Assembly (NCBI GenBank): GCA_964016885.1
Contig: OZ024742.1
Coordinates: 11,966,001-12,030,000 of the forward strand
Length of the DNA: 64,000 nucleotides
Direction of reading: 5' to 3'
DNA from: Eledone cirrhosa
Lineage: Eukaryota
Position numbers and translations under genes: made by a program
In this document: one piece after another, positions 26,144 to 38,749 of the stretch
Layout of the letters: the number at the start of each line of letters is the position of its first letter
Position numbering within the stretch: the stretch's first letter is position 1
The notes under the pieces: generated by a model
Databases searched by the model: none
What the model was told of the DNA's origin: nothing
Seen by the model: only the letters and a program-made list of their open reading frames with translations

Positions 26144-26310
26144 AGCAGTCGCAAGCGGTGGGGGGGGGGCCGTCCTGGCGAAGGCCAGTTAAGCCTGAAA
26201 TGCATAGACGGTTGTGCCCCTTGCTTCTGCTGGACATCACCAGAGGGCGTTAGCCCTCCGGTGTTTGCATAGCTACGGCTTCCTAAAACTGTATTTCTTT
26301 GGAGATATAA
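26141..26310. other. GC-rich, strongly base-paired island next to (TA)n; possible 3' end of a non-LTR element on the minus strand
   Basis: TCCAGCAG/CTGCTGGA, GCAAG/CTTGC, CCGTC/GACGG, CTGGC-GAAG-GCCAG and GAGGGC-GTTA-GCCCTC pairings. Confidence 0.45.
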
Positions 26311-26354
26311 AATATTTATACATATATATATTTGTTTTGCAAGGTTTTTGATAT

Positions 26355-27130
26355 GAAATCGTCTGTCGAAACCATAAAATCCTTGATCAGCAAAACACAC
26401 CCCCTTAAGAAAACGCACTGCACTAAGAAATGTGTTATATGTAAAATGAAGCCCCAGATAAACTGTAAAACTAGAAATGTAGTTTATAGCATAAAATGTA
26501 GAGCGGGTACTTGCAGAAACATGACAATGACATACATAGGTTAAACAGCTCGAAGCATAGGAGAAAGAGTAGACAAAATAATGGGGGGGGGGGGGGGGGG
26601 GGGGCTAAAAGGACAAAAAAAAAACGGTTCAGTACTATACGAACACGCCAGACAAAGACATGACGGTATTATAGACAACATAGAAATTTAAATAATATCT
26701 AAATATAGAAATGACTCAACAGGTAGGCAAATCAGAGAAGCAACTGAGATAGAGCTAAGAAGACCAAAGTTAAACAGAAAAAAGGAATGGAATAACAACA
26801 ACAACCATACCCAAACAAACAATACTGACTTAAGGGAAATAAAAATAAATAAATAAATATATACACAGGTACAATAACAACAAACACATAAACACACACT
26901 AGTAAACAAAGATAGAATACAAAAACAAAACACATACATTCAAACGCTTACACACACACCAAATATTATACACACACGCAAACGCATGCGGAGAGAGAGA
27001 GAAAAGAAGAATTATAAATAAAAATGTAGTAAACATTACAATACAATACAATACAATACAATAGGAGGGAAGAAAATAGTACCACTGATGATGTGGCAGG
27101 TGTGCAACGAAAGAACTTTAATAGACTATA
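26355..27130 (+). mobile_element. Degenerate Penelope-like fragment (GIY-YIG 3' end), related to the element at 32287-34050
   Basis: IKSLISKTHP..CTKKCVICK..INCKTRNVVYSIKC..YIG*TARSIGER aligns with the 32698-34047 protein. Stops and frameshifts present. Degenerate hammerhead core CTGATGA..GAAA at 27085-27112. Confidence 0.88.
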
Positions 27131-29531
27131 TATATATATTTATATCTGTATTTTTAACCGTTGGTCAATCAATGATAAACATTCAGGACCAAATGAATTA
27201 ACTATGGAGATATAAAAGATACAGAAGCGAAAAGCAACCAAACAGTGAGTTCTGTTATTTCTGGCAGTGTATGTAAATGTGTGACGTCCGAACGAGTATA
27301 CTCCACCTGCAACTAACTGAACGGCCACCTCTGGGTTCCGGCTGACAGAATGGAGAATACTTTGCCGACTCCGATAACAGCGAGTAAGGATGTGGTCAGG
27401 GGGCCAAGAACGCCGGATGTCTCCACTGCTACAGGCTCTACCACAAACATACCAGAGAGCGGAAGTACCTTATCTAATTTAGTTCAGACTGTCAATCACC
27501 TTAACACAGTGATCATTTGGATAGTCTTAATTTCCGAACGAATAGTTTCAAAACATTTCCAATAATAAAGAAAAATATAGTTCAATAATTATAAATATAT
27601 CGAATTTTCTAGAAAATCATACAGCAGCCATAGGTATATTCTGAGTAGCTTTTACGAATAATGAATAGAAATACAGAAAAAGAATTGTCAAGTGGAGTAT
27701 CACTTCGAGATTTCCCAAGAACTTTGTATGAAGAATGTACAATATATGCATCATATATTGTGAAGAATTTTAATTAGAATTGATTTAATTTCCGTTATAT
27801 GATTCAAAATTGGTAGTTTCTAACTGTATATTACTTTGATCACACTTATAAAGCTTCGATCCTAGATGAGGGTTTGTCAAACACGTGTTTAACCTACTAG
27901 TGTATTCTATATTTATCTGGTGTTGTGGAACGCTGTTAAATTTGAATAGTTTTCTGCCTGTAAGAATATAAATTTAAATTATTTCCTCCGTAATTTCTTC
28001 TAGATGCACTCCGTCAACCATTATTGAAATCACAAGAATAAAATAGCTGGATTTTATTCTCTAGATTTTAAGTGATTATTTATCTTTGTTTCTCTAAAAC
28101 ATTTCCAGAATACATATGTTTCTATCTGGCCAATGGCTTGAGATTAGAATCTGACATTCTCATGTTAATTTGTCTATTTTGTTTCCCAGAAGAAAACTAA
28201 AGACAAATATTATCTCATGCCCAGTTTGAGGCAGCAGATAAAAATACACACATACAATGCAAGATAAGAATACTAAATTACCAAGACAGATGATAAGAAT
28301 CCATGAATGATAGATAACAAGAAATAGAAGAATAAAATTGAGATTAAGAATAGAGAAAACTGATCCGAGATAGGGAAACAAATGGCTTTTTACCACAGCT
28401 GTCGTAAAAGATTATATTAGAACTGTTTGATTGATGAACATATCTAGTTCTGTATTTGAAATTGCTTAGAAGACAAAACTAAGGAAGGATCATCATTCCC
28501 TTAAGATTATATACTTACAGACGGGAATCAGCAATTTATTGTTTTGTCTATTTATTTTGTTGTTTTTTATCGTCGTAAAGTTTTGGCTGACTTGCATATA
28601 AATAGGCGTATAGAATTGAAATTCTGCAAAGAAGACAATTTAAGATTTCTAACAAATCCATTATTTCACCAACAAAATTGATTTTGACTTATATTTATTA
28701 TAAGTAAATATGTTTGTCTATTGTTATGTATTTTTGTATCTTACAAACATACAAGGGAAGCAGGCCTAAATATCTGCTCATAATTTATAGCTATTAAAAC
28801 ACCGGTTGTGTAGGAATATTATACTGTCAATATATCATGATATTTCAAGCTGAGAGTTAGTTATCTTACTCGGATGCCTTTGCCAGAGTGATTTAGGATC
28901 TTTCCAAAGATTGTCCTCGGTAAATTTATGATTCACAGCAAAAGCCTACATGCAACAGAAAATTGTACAGAACCAAAGGAAATACAACCGGAGCCAATTA
29001 TGGTGATATCGTTTAGAAAACAATCAGTCTGATAACATTAAGCCAGGGATGTAACAATATTTGAACCCTTAATTTTAATAAGTACATATTTCAAAATTAA
29101 TTTGAAACTTGCGCAAATCAAGGAAAACACGGGGTTCATAAGTTTTCATATAAAATAATCAAAGGGTTAGTGAATAAAAATAGTTTTCACTATACACATG
29201 TCATTATTTTGCTGCTATTTCTAGTAACACATATGATAACACAGAGCACAAAAGCTGGCTGGTTCATTGAATATAGATGTTAACCAGAGGAGATGGAAAG
29301 TGTGTGTGTGTGGGGGGGGGGGGGGGCTATTTAAAGGACTTAGGTGAGAAGGAGTTTTTTTTTGTTAATTCAGTAGAGCATAGCAAATCTTAATATCGAT
29401 AGAAGATACACACACACACACACACACATATATATATGTATATATATGCATATATATATACACACACACACACATATATATATATGTATATATATGCATA
29501 TATATATATACACACACATATATATATATAT

Positions 29532-29638
<107 letters not shown>

Positions 29639-29694
29639 AATGTAAGTATGTATGTATACGTACATACATATATGTATACAGACGTACAGTAGCA

Positions 29695-29787
<93 letters not shown>

Positions 29788-29820
29788 AAGTTAAATAATT
29801 AAAATTTAGCTTCGTTTATT

Positions 29821-29875
29821 ACTGCTATATATATTTCAGTGACAGCCATCTTTGGCTGTGACCTCTTCAGGCAGT
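29821..29875 (-). ncRNA. Type I hammerhead ribozyme
   Basis: Minus strand: ACTGC-CTGAAGA-GGTCACAGCCA-AAGA-TGGCTGTCACT-GAAA-TATATA-TA-GCAGT. Perfect stem I, palindromic stem III, AATAAA immediately downstream. Confidence 0.85.
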
Positions 29876-31060
29876 TTGAATTAGTATGGTATAGACAAGT
29901 ACATATGTTGTTTAGGTGTATGATATTGTCAATACTCTGATATGCCCAGTTCCTTGCTGGGTTGTTAATTCACTGGGGAACTGGAGTCATATGAATTCAA
30001 ACAAACGAATTTTCGTGTCACAGGTCCCCTTCTCCTCTCATTGGTCAGTTATTAGTGTTGTCATTGTTGGAGTTAGCTTAAAAATTGATAAAATGGTAGA
30101 AGGGACAAGGTGTTGAAGGAACAAAATATCAAAAAATGTGTCAAACTTCCCATTGTTCAGTTCTGAGAGCATTCCTCAGTCAGAAGTCTATAGAATTCTT
30201 TCTGGGGTGAGGCTCCCTGTAGTGTTTATGCCTGCTATTGTTCAGTACATTTGACCTCCACCATTATTTTGGTACTGTTGTTGTTGTAGTGGTCAGCTTA
30301 TACCTTGCTGCTGCTAACAATTTAGAAGTATTCAGTTTGTGTTTTCTCTTCACCCCACCCGCCACCATCGTAGTGGTGGTGGCGGGGGGGGGGGGGGGTT
30401 CTTTCATGTATATGAAGAAATATAAGGCAATAAATGAAGAAAACAGAAGATAAATAAATAATATAATAAAATAAAATAATTAATATAATTTGTGTAATTT
30501 GAAAATAAATAAATAAATAGAGAATAAAGAATAAAGAGTAAATGAGAGATTGGTGAAAAAGTAATGATAATGTATATGGAGAAGTGAGAAATAATGTAGG
30601 ATAAAGTGTGTGTGTGTGTGCTATAACCAATCTCAAGGTCAGAATATGTTGGATAGATTGGTATGATACAAGATGTTAAGATGAGATATTCAATGTGTTT
30701 GTGTTATAATCTATCTCAACTTAAAATAAGTATAAGGTTATACAGTGAAGAGGGCAGAAAACAAATAACAAATTAATAAAGAGAAATCAAGATTTAAGAT
30801 TGGAACTTTAAAGTCAGAAATCTGGTAAATTAAAAGTGTTTGTGTTATAGATGTTGGCCAGATTATTATGGCTGTGTCCGATTCTATCTCTAGGCTATCA
30901 TGGTGTCTGCTCCACCTGGGTTGTTCCCTATGGCTTGAGGGGAGTTCACAACCTAGGGTGTTGTAATTGTCCATATAGCTTGAGGGAGGTCTGGCCGAGG
31001 TGTTTTCATGTTCTGTAGAAGTCCCTATAGCTTGAGGGGAGTTCACATCTTCTTGTGTTG

Positions 31061-31533
31061 CTACTGTCCATATATTTTGAGAAAGGTCCCGGCTCTAAGG
31101 TGTCTGCATGTCCCGAAGAAGTCGGTTCTGAGGTTTATCAGGCCGCTTCCACCTCTTAGTATGTCGAGGGTCTCGTTCAGGCATAGTTTGCATATGCAAG
31201 ATCCCCCTTTATCGGGTGGTACTTTCCTGATTATGTACCAGGCCAGAGAGTATGGGGTCCTGTCCAGCTTAAGATTCCAGATCAGGTCGGAGAGAGCTGT
31301 GCTTTTCCTTTTGGCCTCCTTCTTGAATGAATGGCGATGGTTGTACCGGCGGTCCTTAAAGCTCGTTGATGTGGCTCCTATGTAGAGGTGTTCGGAGTTG
31401 GGGGTTTTAACCCTACAACCGTACACTATGTTCTTCTTGAGACATTCATTACCAAGGGGGCATGATTCGGGGTTTCTACAGTTGCAGAGGGTGGGCGGCC
31501 TCTGCGTGCTTAGATTAGGGTTCTCATTATGTG
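31061..31533 (-). pseudogene. GIY-YIG endonuclease domain of a Penelope-like element (5' truncated)
   Basis: CNCRNPESCPLGNECLKKNIVYGC..LYIGATSTSFKDRRYNH..STALSDLIWNLK..CKLCLNE..CRH. Confidence 0.9.
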
Positions 31534-31562
31534 CTATACTTGTCTATACCATACTAATTCAA

Positions 31563-31617
31563 ACAACCTGAAGAGGTCACAGCCAAAGATGGCTGTCACT
31601 GAAATATATATAGCAGT
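31563..31617 (+). ncRNA. Inverted copy of the hammerhead with damaged stem I
   Basis: Same core as 29821-29875, but the 5' stem I strand reads ACAAC instead of ACTGC. Confidence 0.6.
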
Positions 31618-31763
31618 AATAAACGAAGCTAAATTTTAATCATTTGACTTTTATTTAACTTTATTTTACACTACTCCGGAGTAACCAAACCAACCTGCGC
31701 ACTTCGTCGAGTGCTCCAGACTGCATACTGAGGTGTTGGTATACAACCAACATAAACTCAAAA

Positions 31764-31794
<31 letters not shown>

Positions 31795-31797
<3 letters not shown>

Positions 31798-32227
31798 CAG
31801 GTACACATACATATATGTATGCATCAGTTTAGCGGACGCTTATTATAGCGCCCGCTTTGTTCGTTTGTAAACAAACTGAACAGCCTGAATTTATGCCGCA
31901 CGGTGTTAAGACAACCACGTCACCTTTTTGTTCAACACTGACACAGGAACGATGTACTAGTTTCAAGCTTGTTAGCTATCATCAGCACCGTATACCCATC
32001 TGCCAGATAGTTGAACGTTCGAAAGTATATACTTTCCTTATGAAAATTAACGGCTGAGCAGCCTAATTTGCATATCGAGTGAGTTAGATCGGTCAGGCGC
32101 ACCGAAAACGATGAGTTGTAATAAAATGAAAACGAAATTTCATTTCTCACTCTTAGTACGGCACTTACTTAAATGTAAGTATGTATGTATACGTACATAC
32201 AAATATGTATACAGACGTACAGTAGCA

Positions 32228-32230
<3 letters not shown>
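31795..32230. mobile_element. Longest copy of the TA-embedded dispersed repeat family (~430 bp)
   Basis: Homologous segments at 15697-15935, 15995-16040, 29638-29698 and 35355-35577. Flanked by (TA)n. Confidence 0.8.
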
Positions 32231-32290
<60 letters not shown>

Positions 32291-32448
32291 ATACTTTGGG
32301 AGGGTCATGTTGCCAATAAGAAACACACGCACCAGTTGCTTTCACTTCAATTTATTATATATTTATAAATTTATAAATTTACAAATCTACAAACTTATAA
32401 ATTTCTGGTTGGTTGGTTGGTTCCACAACCAGATAGTTGTTTATATAT

Positions 32449-32493
32449 AGTCATAGTCCTTTCGTCACACACTCTGTGACCTCTTCAGTGACT
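32449..32493 (-). ncRNA. Minimal type I hammerhead ribozyme
   Basis: Minus strand: AGTCA-CTGAAGA-G-GTCACA-GAGTG-TGTGAC-GAAA-GGAC-TA-TGACT. Perfect stems I and II, minimal stem III. Confidence 0.82.
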
Positions 32494-32697
32494 GGGGATT
32501 CCTTTCTTTGTTTCTGTGCCTTTCCTTTCTTCTGTCCTACGCCATTTTGTTTCTGTGTGTGTGTTGTGTGCTCAGTTTGCGTATGCGCCACATCCGGGTG
32601 TCTGTGTGTGTTTGTGTTCATTTATCTATTTGTTTATTTATTTACATGTTGTTGGTTGGTTGTTTGTTCTATGTGTGTGTGTGTTTTCATTTTGTCC

Positions 32698-34047
32698 TTA
32701 ATTGTAAGTTGTGATGTTGCTGTTCCACTCATATTTTCTATTTAATTTTGGTTGTAATTCTTTTATGCTTACTGCCTCTGTAATTTGCCTAAACATTGCA
32801 TCTTTTCTGTGTGTGGATTCTATTTTTATTTCTATGTTCTCTAATTTACCCTTGTGTTCTATCTTAGCATGTTGGTAGAGCACAGATGATTCTTTATTAT
32901 CTTGAAGGTCTCGCCAGTGTTCATTTATCCGTTGCCCTATACTACGAGCTGTCTCACCTATGTACACTATATTTTTGTTTCTACATTGTCCTTCAGTACA
33001 TCTTATGCTATATACTACATTTCTAGTTTTACAGTTAATATGGGGGCTTATTTTACAGGTTATACATTTCTTATCTATACATGAGGGTCTTTGGAACGGG
33101 TAGGTCTTGCTAATAAGTCTTTTTACGGAGGTACCTGGTCTTTCTACTATCTTAATATTGAGTTTATGTTTATTTAGGGCCATTCTAAATTTGTAGGCTA
33201 GTTCGCCTCTAGGGGTTGTATTGATGAACATTACACTCTGGTATTTATTGCTATCATACCATGAGTTTATTCTATTGGCCTTGTTCCTAGTTCTTTCTAT
33301 TCTATTCCAAAATTTGCTCCTATACAAGGGGGAGGTCCCATTTATGTCATTATTTACCATTTTTCCCCATTTGGTTCTGGCTCCTCTATACACTCTGATT
33401 CTATCTCTCTGATTGTAGCCAGAGAACTGCATACGGTGGATGAAGTGTTGTATGTGTCTCTCTAGTTCTTCGGGGTTGCACATGCGGGACACATTTCTCA
33501 TCACCCGTACCAAATCCGCAATCAGTATGTTGATTTTGGTATGGTCTGAAATGGCCGAGTTTCGGTGGATCAGATGTTTGGAAGTCATGGGTTTGGCATA
33601 ATGGGAATGGAGGATTTGTTTTTGGTTGTTAATGGTATCTAACCAGAGCTCTGTGTCTAGTACAGGTAATCGATGGTTGGGGTGTCTACTTGGGTAGTCT
33701 ATAGTAACTCTAATGCTCTGGTGGATGGAGTTTGCTATTTGCTGGATGCTTTCCATTGTGTTTTTCTCTAGTTCCTGACTGTTCTCTAGTGGGGGTGTCT
33801 TAACTACGATGTTTATATCATCTACGTAGCGGGAGTACATTATCAGGGTTAAGCTGTCTTCTAATTGTTCTTTAAGTTTAAGTTTAAGTCTACTGTCCCA
33901 CCATACCATGAATAAGTTAGCTATGTCGCCTGCAATGCTAACACCAATGGCTGCTCCTTCCTCTTGGGCATATGTTTTTCCATTAAATTTGAACATATGT
34001 TCCTTAAGGGTTAATTTTATGCTGGCCCCTACCGCATGTGCAATCAT
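32698..34047 (-). CDS. Penelope-like RT (palm/thumb) plus GIY-YIG endonuclease, N-terminally truncated
   Basis: FKFNGKTYAQEEGAAIG, YSRYVDDI, LPVLD, Cys linker SCIDKKCITC, CKTRNVVYSIRC, YIGETARSIGQRINEH, RQITEAVSI..LNRK. Confidence 0.9.
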   Translation of the reverse strand: MIAHAVGASIKLTLKEHMFKFNGKTYAQEEGAAIGVSIAGDIANLFMVWWDSRLKLKLKEQLEDSLTLIMYSRYVDDINIVVKTPPLENSQELEKNTMESIQQIANSIHQSIRVTIDYPSRHPNHRLPVLDTELWLDTINNQKQILHSHYAKPMTSKHLIHRNSAISDHTKINILIADLVRVMRNVSRMCNPEELERHIQHFIHRMQFSGYNQRDRIRVYRGARTKWGKMVNNDINGTSPLYRSKFWNRIERTRNKANRINSWYDSNKYQSVMFINTTPRGELAYKFRMALNKHKLNIKIVERPGTSVKRLISKTYPFQRPSCIDKKCITCKISPHINCKTRNVVYSIRCTEGQCRNKNIVYIGETARSIGQRINEHWRDLQDNKESSVLYQHAKIEHKGKLENIEIKIESTHRKDAMFRQITEAVSIKELQPKLNRKYEWNSNITTYN

Positions 34048-34133
34048 CTATACCCACATATAAACACAATGGCACACGGAAACACACATGCTCTATGGTG
34101 CAATACAAAGAAATATATGTGCATATATATGTA

Positions 34134-34166
<33 letters not shown>

Positions 34167-34315
34167 GTAGTCAATATATGTATGTGTATATATATATAGT
34201 GAATATCATTTCACACCTTTTATTGTTAAGATTTTTGATGTTCTATTAAGAGAATCGATTTTACTGAAAAAATCGAATAATGTACACCATTTTACCAGGG
34301 GGAAAAAATACTGGT

Positions 34316-34384
<69 letters not shown>

Positions 34385-34488
34385 CACAAACACATACACA
34401 CGCGTACATCAACATACAAAGAGACTTATATACACACACACACACACACACACACATGCACTTCTCCGTATAAGACAAAAGCTGAAAA

Positions 34489-34681
34489 ATATCTTTTGAC
34501 ATGCTAAAATACCCCCCATTGCTTTCAGACACATTCTTACTGACCATCCCTGCCACCACAAATTACTCTGCTATACACACACACACACACACACACACTT
34601 ATCTTTTGACATGCTAAAATACCCCCCATTGCTTTCAGACACATTCTTACTGACCATCCCTGCCACCACGAATCACTCTGC

Positions 34682-34716
<35 letters not shown>

Positions 34717-34788
34717 ATCTTAATAGCCATTTAACACACATCGCTGCTGGCCATTGTCGCAGCATCGAACACCTTACTACTACTACTA

Positions 34789-34864
<76 letters not shown>

Positions 34865-35116
34865 TTGTTGTGAAAGAGTCATTTCTCAATCTTGGCGCAA
34901 AACCAATTTTTTATTCACATGGCCTCTACCGACCAATCAAAATTGTTTTGACCAAGAATTTTTGCTGGAGCCACTTTTTTAACATAAAAACAGTCTTGGC
35001 GCAAAATCAACTTTTTACATTCACATGACCTCTACCGACCAATCAAAATTGTTTTGACCACAAGAATTTTTGCAACACAAAAATAACGCTGGAGCCACTT
35101 TTTTAACATAAAAACA
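34489..35116. repeat. Two local tandem duplications (~110 bp and ~104 bp offsets) interleaved with (CA)n
   Basis: TATCTTTTGACATGCTAAAATACC at ~34490 and ~34600. TCTTGGCGCAAAA..CCTCTACCGACCAATCAAAATTG at ~34890 and ~34993. Confidence 0.8.
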
Positions 35117-35354
35117 GGTAGAATTCCCAAAACTAATCAGATCAGAGCAAACAGCACGGACACTCTATCTCAAAATTATTTTTGAAAAGCATTTAGAAAT
35201 GCGCAACCGGTAAAAACTTAAAAACTTAAAACCACAACTGAATACTAACCCATACAATCACTAATACTCTTTTATTCCTAATTAAACCATTTTTCAACTG
35301 TGAACAATTTGTCAGCATTTTCTATTCCGTTTACCAATATATATATATATATAT

Positions 35355-35573
35355 ATACATACAGGTAAACATACATATATGTACGCATCAGCTTAGCGGA
35401 CGCCCGCTTTGTTCGTTTGTAAACAAACTGAACAGCCTGAATTCATGCCGCACGGTGTTAAGGCTACTGTACGTCTGTATACATATATGTATGTACGTAT
35501 ACATACATACTTACATTTAAGTAAGTGCCGTACTAAGAGTGAGAAATGAAATTTCGTTTTCATTTTATTACAA

Positions 35574-35577
<4 letters not shown>
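35355..35577. mobile_element. Copy of the TA-embedded dispersed repeat with internal deletion plus inversion
   Basis: 35355-35462 matches 31793-31910 directly. 35463-35575 is the reverse complement of 32114-32226. Confidence 0.8.
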
Positions 35578-35617
<40 letters not shown>

Positions 35618-35641
35618 TTGTAATAAAATATATATATATAT

Positions 35642-35712
<71 letters not shown>

Positions 35713-36249
35713 GAGAAAGAGAGAGAGAAAGAGGGAGACTGAGAGAGACTGAGAGAGAGAGAGAATACGTCAAAGGCGTACATGTTATAACATGTACACC
35801 TTTGAAATCAAGATGAAGTTTCCCACACAATACCTGAATACAGCATCTGAACTGTATACGGCTCACAACATATATTCTGATGGATAGCAATTTCTTTTCT
35901 TTCAGAATTAGATTTATATGTTCATATGTGTATGCAAGAGTGATTTTATTCAGTCATATCGTCATTCAAGTGAGACACTAAAATGGTTGACATACATAAC
36001 AGTTACTAGTTCGATGCAACTGTACAATAAATGAGATACAGATTAATATTGTAGGTTTTCCGTGTATCATCTAATTATTCCGAAGGACACAAGAGGAAAT
36101 CTTTCCTGGATAGCTTAGCTATTAGTTTTAGGTTTAGCTTTGATTTTGAAATGTACATTATGTCCATTGTTTAAGAATTAAGAAGAGGCAGTCATACAAT
36201 ATCACTATATAAATATATTTCTTCACTAATCTAATACAGATCTTAACGC

Positions 36250-36610
36250 TTAATTTTCGCCGACTCATTCCTTGGTAGAGTCCTGCAGAACGTCTTTCAG
36301 TGTGTTCTGTGATAAACAACCGTTTCCAACTGATCCGGTTGGATCTCCAAGTGAGACCAGATGAGCTCATGGATGTTATCCAACCTTCTTCCTCGGGGTC
36401 TACCCCCGAATCTCCTGCTGTAGTTTTTGTTTTTTCTCCGCGATTCTTTCCTGAAACATTCTTACCACATATCTGTGGTATTGGTGCCGTGATCTCTTAA
36501 TTCGGAGAAGTAGTGACTCTACCTTGAGTGACTCCGAGCTACACAGTCTAACGAGTAAGGTTACTCCAAAGACTCTTCGGTGGATCCTCATTTCGGCCAC
36601 TTATATTTGC
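36250..36610 (-). mobile_element. Decayed 3' end of an RTE-like LINE
   Basis: AEMRIHRRVFGVTLLVR... and, in a shifted frame, GRPRGRRLDNIHEL resemble RTE C-terminal motifs (AEMRFLRR..GVT; GRPRxRWxD). Confidence 0.6.
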
Positions 36611-37949
36611 GATTGGTAAGATTTCGACATAACACATACAATTGAATATCATATTCAGGTACAGAATATGTAAGAACATGTATTTATAATCACAACACAT
36701 TGTTAAAGATACCAATAAATGAGAGGTTCATAAGCTGACCAAGATACTCTCATGGAATGAGCAAATGAGGTTTATTTTTTAACATAGTTCTTGGAAAGAA
36801 ACAATGCAGTTATTAATAAGAAGAGTTGAAATTAATGCATGCAAGATTTCACAGCCTTAGCATCACTCCTTCGTAGTCAACCTATGACCTATTCAGCCTA
36901 CCCTGTTATACCTCCAGCTAAATTAGGACGCTCGTGCACCAACGAGATAAGCTCTACGTTGTCGCTGGACCTAATTAAACATGTATTTGGCTGCTATTTC
37001 TAGCAGGGTGAGATACCACAAAGAGGCTCCCATGCTGGTTTGTTTTAGTTGGAGTCCTATTTGATGACATCGGTTATAAAGCAAAAAAAATCTTCTGATA
37101 TAGCAAACACGCCTGGGTTTTGATGGTCGACTGCCACGAAAACTTATCTTTACGTATTCCAGTTTCTCCCATTGAGAACGATATCACATACTTATAAACA
37201 TATCACTATAAAAGTATAATAATATACAAGTCATAATGTTTATTCAGAAGATATGAATTGTTCATCTACATTAAGCAAAGAGCAACAAAAAATATCAGGA
37301 ATAAGATTTTCAGAAATAAGTTGTTGCTATCAGCGGTATTTTGATAGAGGAAACATAGTTGAGCCAACAAACGTGAACAAAGTATTCCATGAGATATACA
37401 TGAAAATAAAATCAATATAATGCCATGACCCAATACACGTGCAGCATGCAAAATGTGCTGTTTGCGTATCAACAGGATTAAAACCTTCTGTTGAATGTTT
37501 TTTTCTTTGATTTCTGTTACTGCCTGTCCTCACCTGTCAGAAGTCTCACGCAAGGTAACCTTATTGATCATTAATCTTTAAAAAAAAAATGCTATCATTC
37601 CAGAACAGCTTCTACCGATTTCCGTATTCCCAATAACAATAACAGTTTGTTTGTTTGTTTTATATTCTAAAATAGGATTTATGATAGTTTTAGTGACGCT
37701 CTCCACACCCATACACCCACCGGCACAAATTTCACCCCTCCCAGCTCTCCAGAAAATAAAACACTCTAACGACGATAGGTAGATGTACGGGATCCATTTA
37801 TAGAGGAAGATTACCACAATAGGCGAGAGGCATACTAATGTTTCCGTTTAAAGAAATCAAAGCATGCGAATATAATGATTATATGACAAAATTATGTAAA
37901 TGTGAGAAACTGTTGAGGCTTGAATCCACGTCACTTTATATTGATATAT

Positions 37950-38218
37950 CGGTATGTTACTAGTGGTAAGGATGTTAGACTTGTGATCATCATGTTGTGG
38001 GTTCGATTTCTGGCTTGGGTTGTGTTCTTGAGCAAAAAACATTTCATTTCACATTGCTCCAGTATACTCAACTAAAAATATGTACCAGCTGGGGGTTTTA
38101 ACCTTGCGATGAAATGGTATCTTGTCCAGAGGAGAGTCTTGTACTCTCAGTAACTTCACACCACTGTAACCAGAATAAACACCGGCCTGATGGGCCGCCG
38201 GGCTCGACAGGCTTTAGA
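37950..38218 (+). mobile_element. tRNA-derived SINE with a CORE-like central region
   Basis: A-box-like TAGTGGTAAG, B-box GGGTTCGATTTC, TGTGTTCTTGAGCAA..ATTTCAC..CTCCAG core, AACCTTGCGATG..GTCCAG..CCGGCCTGATGGGCC tail, followed by simple repeats. Confidence 0.7.
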
Positions 38219-38319
38219 ATTACACACACACACGCACATACATACATACATACATACATACATACATACATACATACATACATACATACATACATACACA
38301 CATACAGACATACATACAT

Positions 38320-38742
38320 GACCTGGTTACAACGTTCTCAAAGGATATGGGAATGGAGTTTGGCCAAGATAAATGCTCATACATGACTGTAAAGCGGGGA
38401 AAAACAACAACCCAATCTAGCAACATTGTCATCAATGGCCTAACTGTTTCATCGATATCTGATGAGGACTGCTAGATACCTGGGGATAGATGAGAACATA
38501 TCCTATAATGGTATCTGTAATAAAGAACGCGTAACCAGGGAATACTACATCCGATTAAGAAAGTTCTGGTCATCGGAACTCTCTGCGCAAAACAAAACAG
38601 TGGCTCACAATGTGTTTGCTGTGCCTGTCCTAACACCAACGTTTGGAATACTCAATTGGACGATAGACGAAATCCGAGCAGTTGATGTTGGAACTCGAAA
38701 AATACTAAACAACACCGGAAACTTCCACATCAATAGTGACAT
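38320..38742 (+). mobile_element. R4/Dong-like (RLE-type) non-LTR RT fragment
   Basis: FSKDMGMEFGQDKC..., then after a frameshift YLGIDE..REYYIRLRKFWSSELSAQNK..FAVPVLTPTFGILNWT..DVGTRKIL..FHINSD. Confidence 0.8.
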
Positions 38743-38749
38743 AATATTA

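Larger units (their letters stand above)
29781..31765 (-). mobile_element. 5'-truncated Penelope-like element (Nematis-like GIY-YIG) with an inverted pseudo-LTR
   Basis: GIY-YIG coding remnant, ~1.2 kb 3' region, hammerhead. ~29781-29901 is inverted at ~31538-31668. (TA)n on both sides. Confidence 0.9.
32287..34050 (-). mobile_element. 5'-truncated Penelope-like retroelement (RT plus C-terminal GIY-YIG)
   Basis: Uninterrupted partial ORF, CA-rich 3' UTR, hammerhead, ends at (TA)n. Confidence 0.92.

Noticed and set aside
27350-27565. 71-aa ATG ORF in a moderately GC-rich patch
   Set aside because: No recognisable motif or splice support; possibly a TE fragment but not assignable.
32050-32120. 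CTGAGCA...GAAA in the TA-embedded repeat as a hammerhead
   Set aside because: The core deviates from CUGANGA and no stem I pairing was found.
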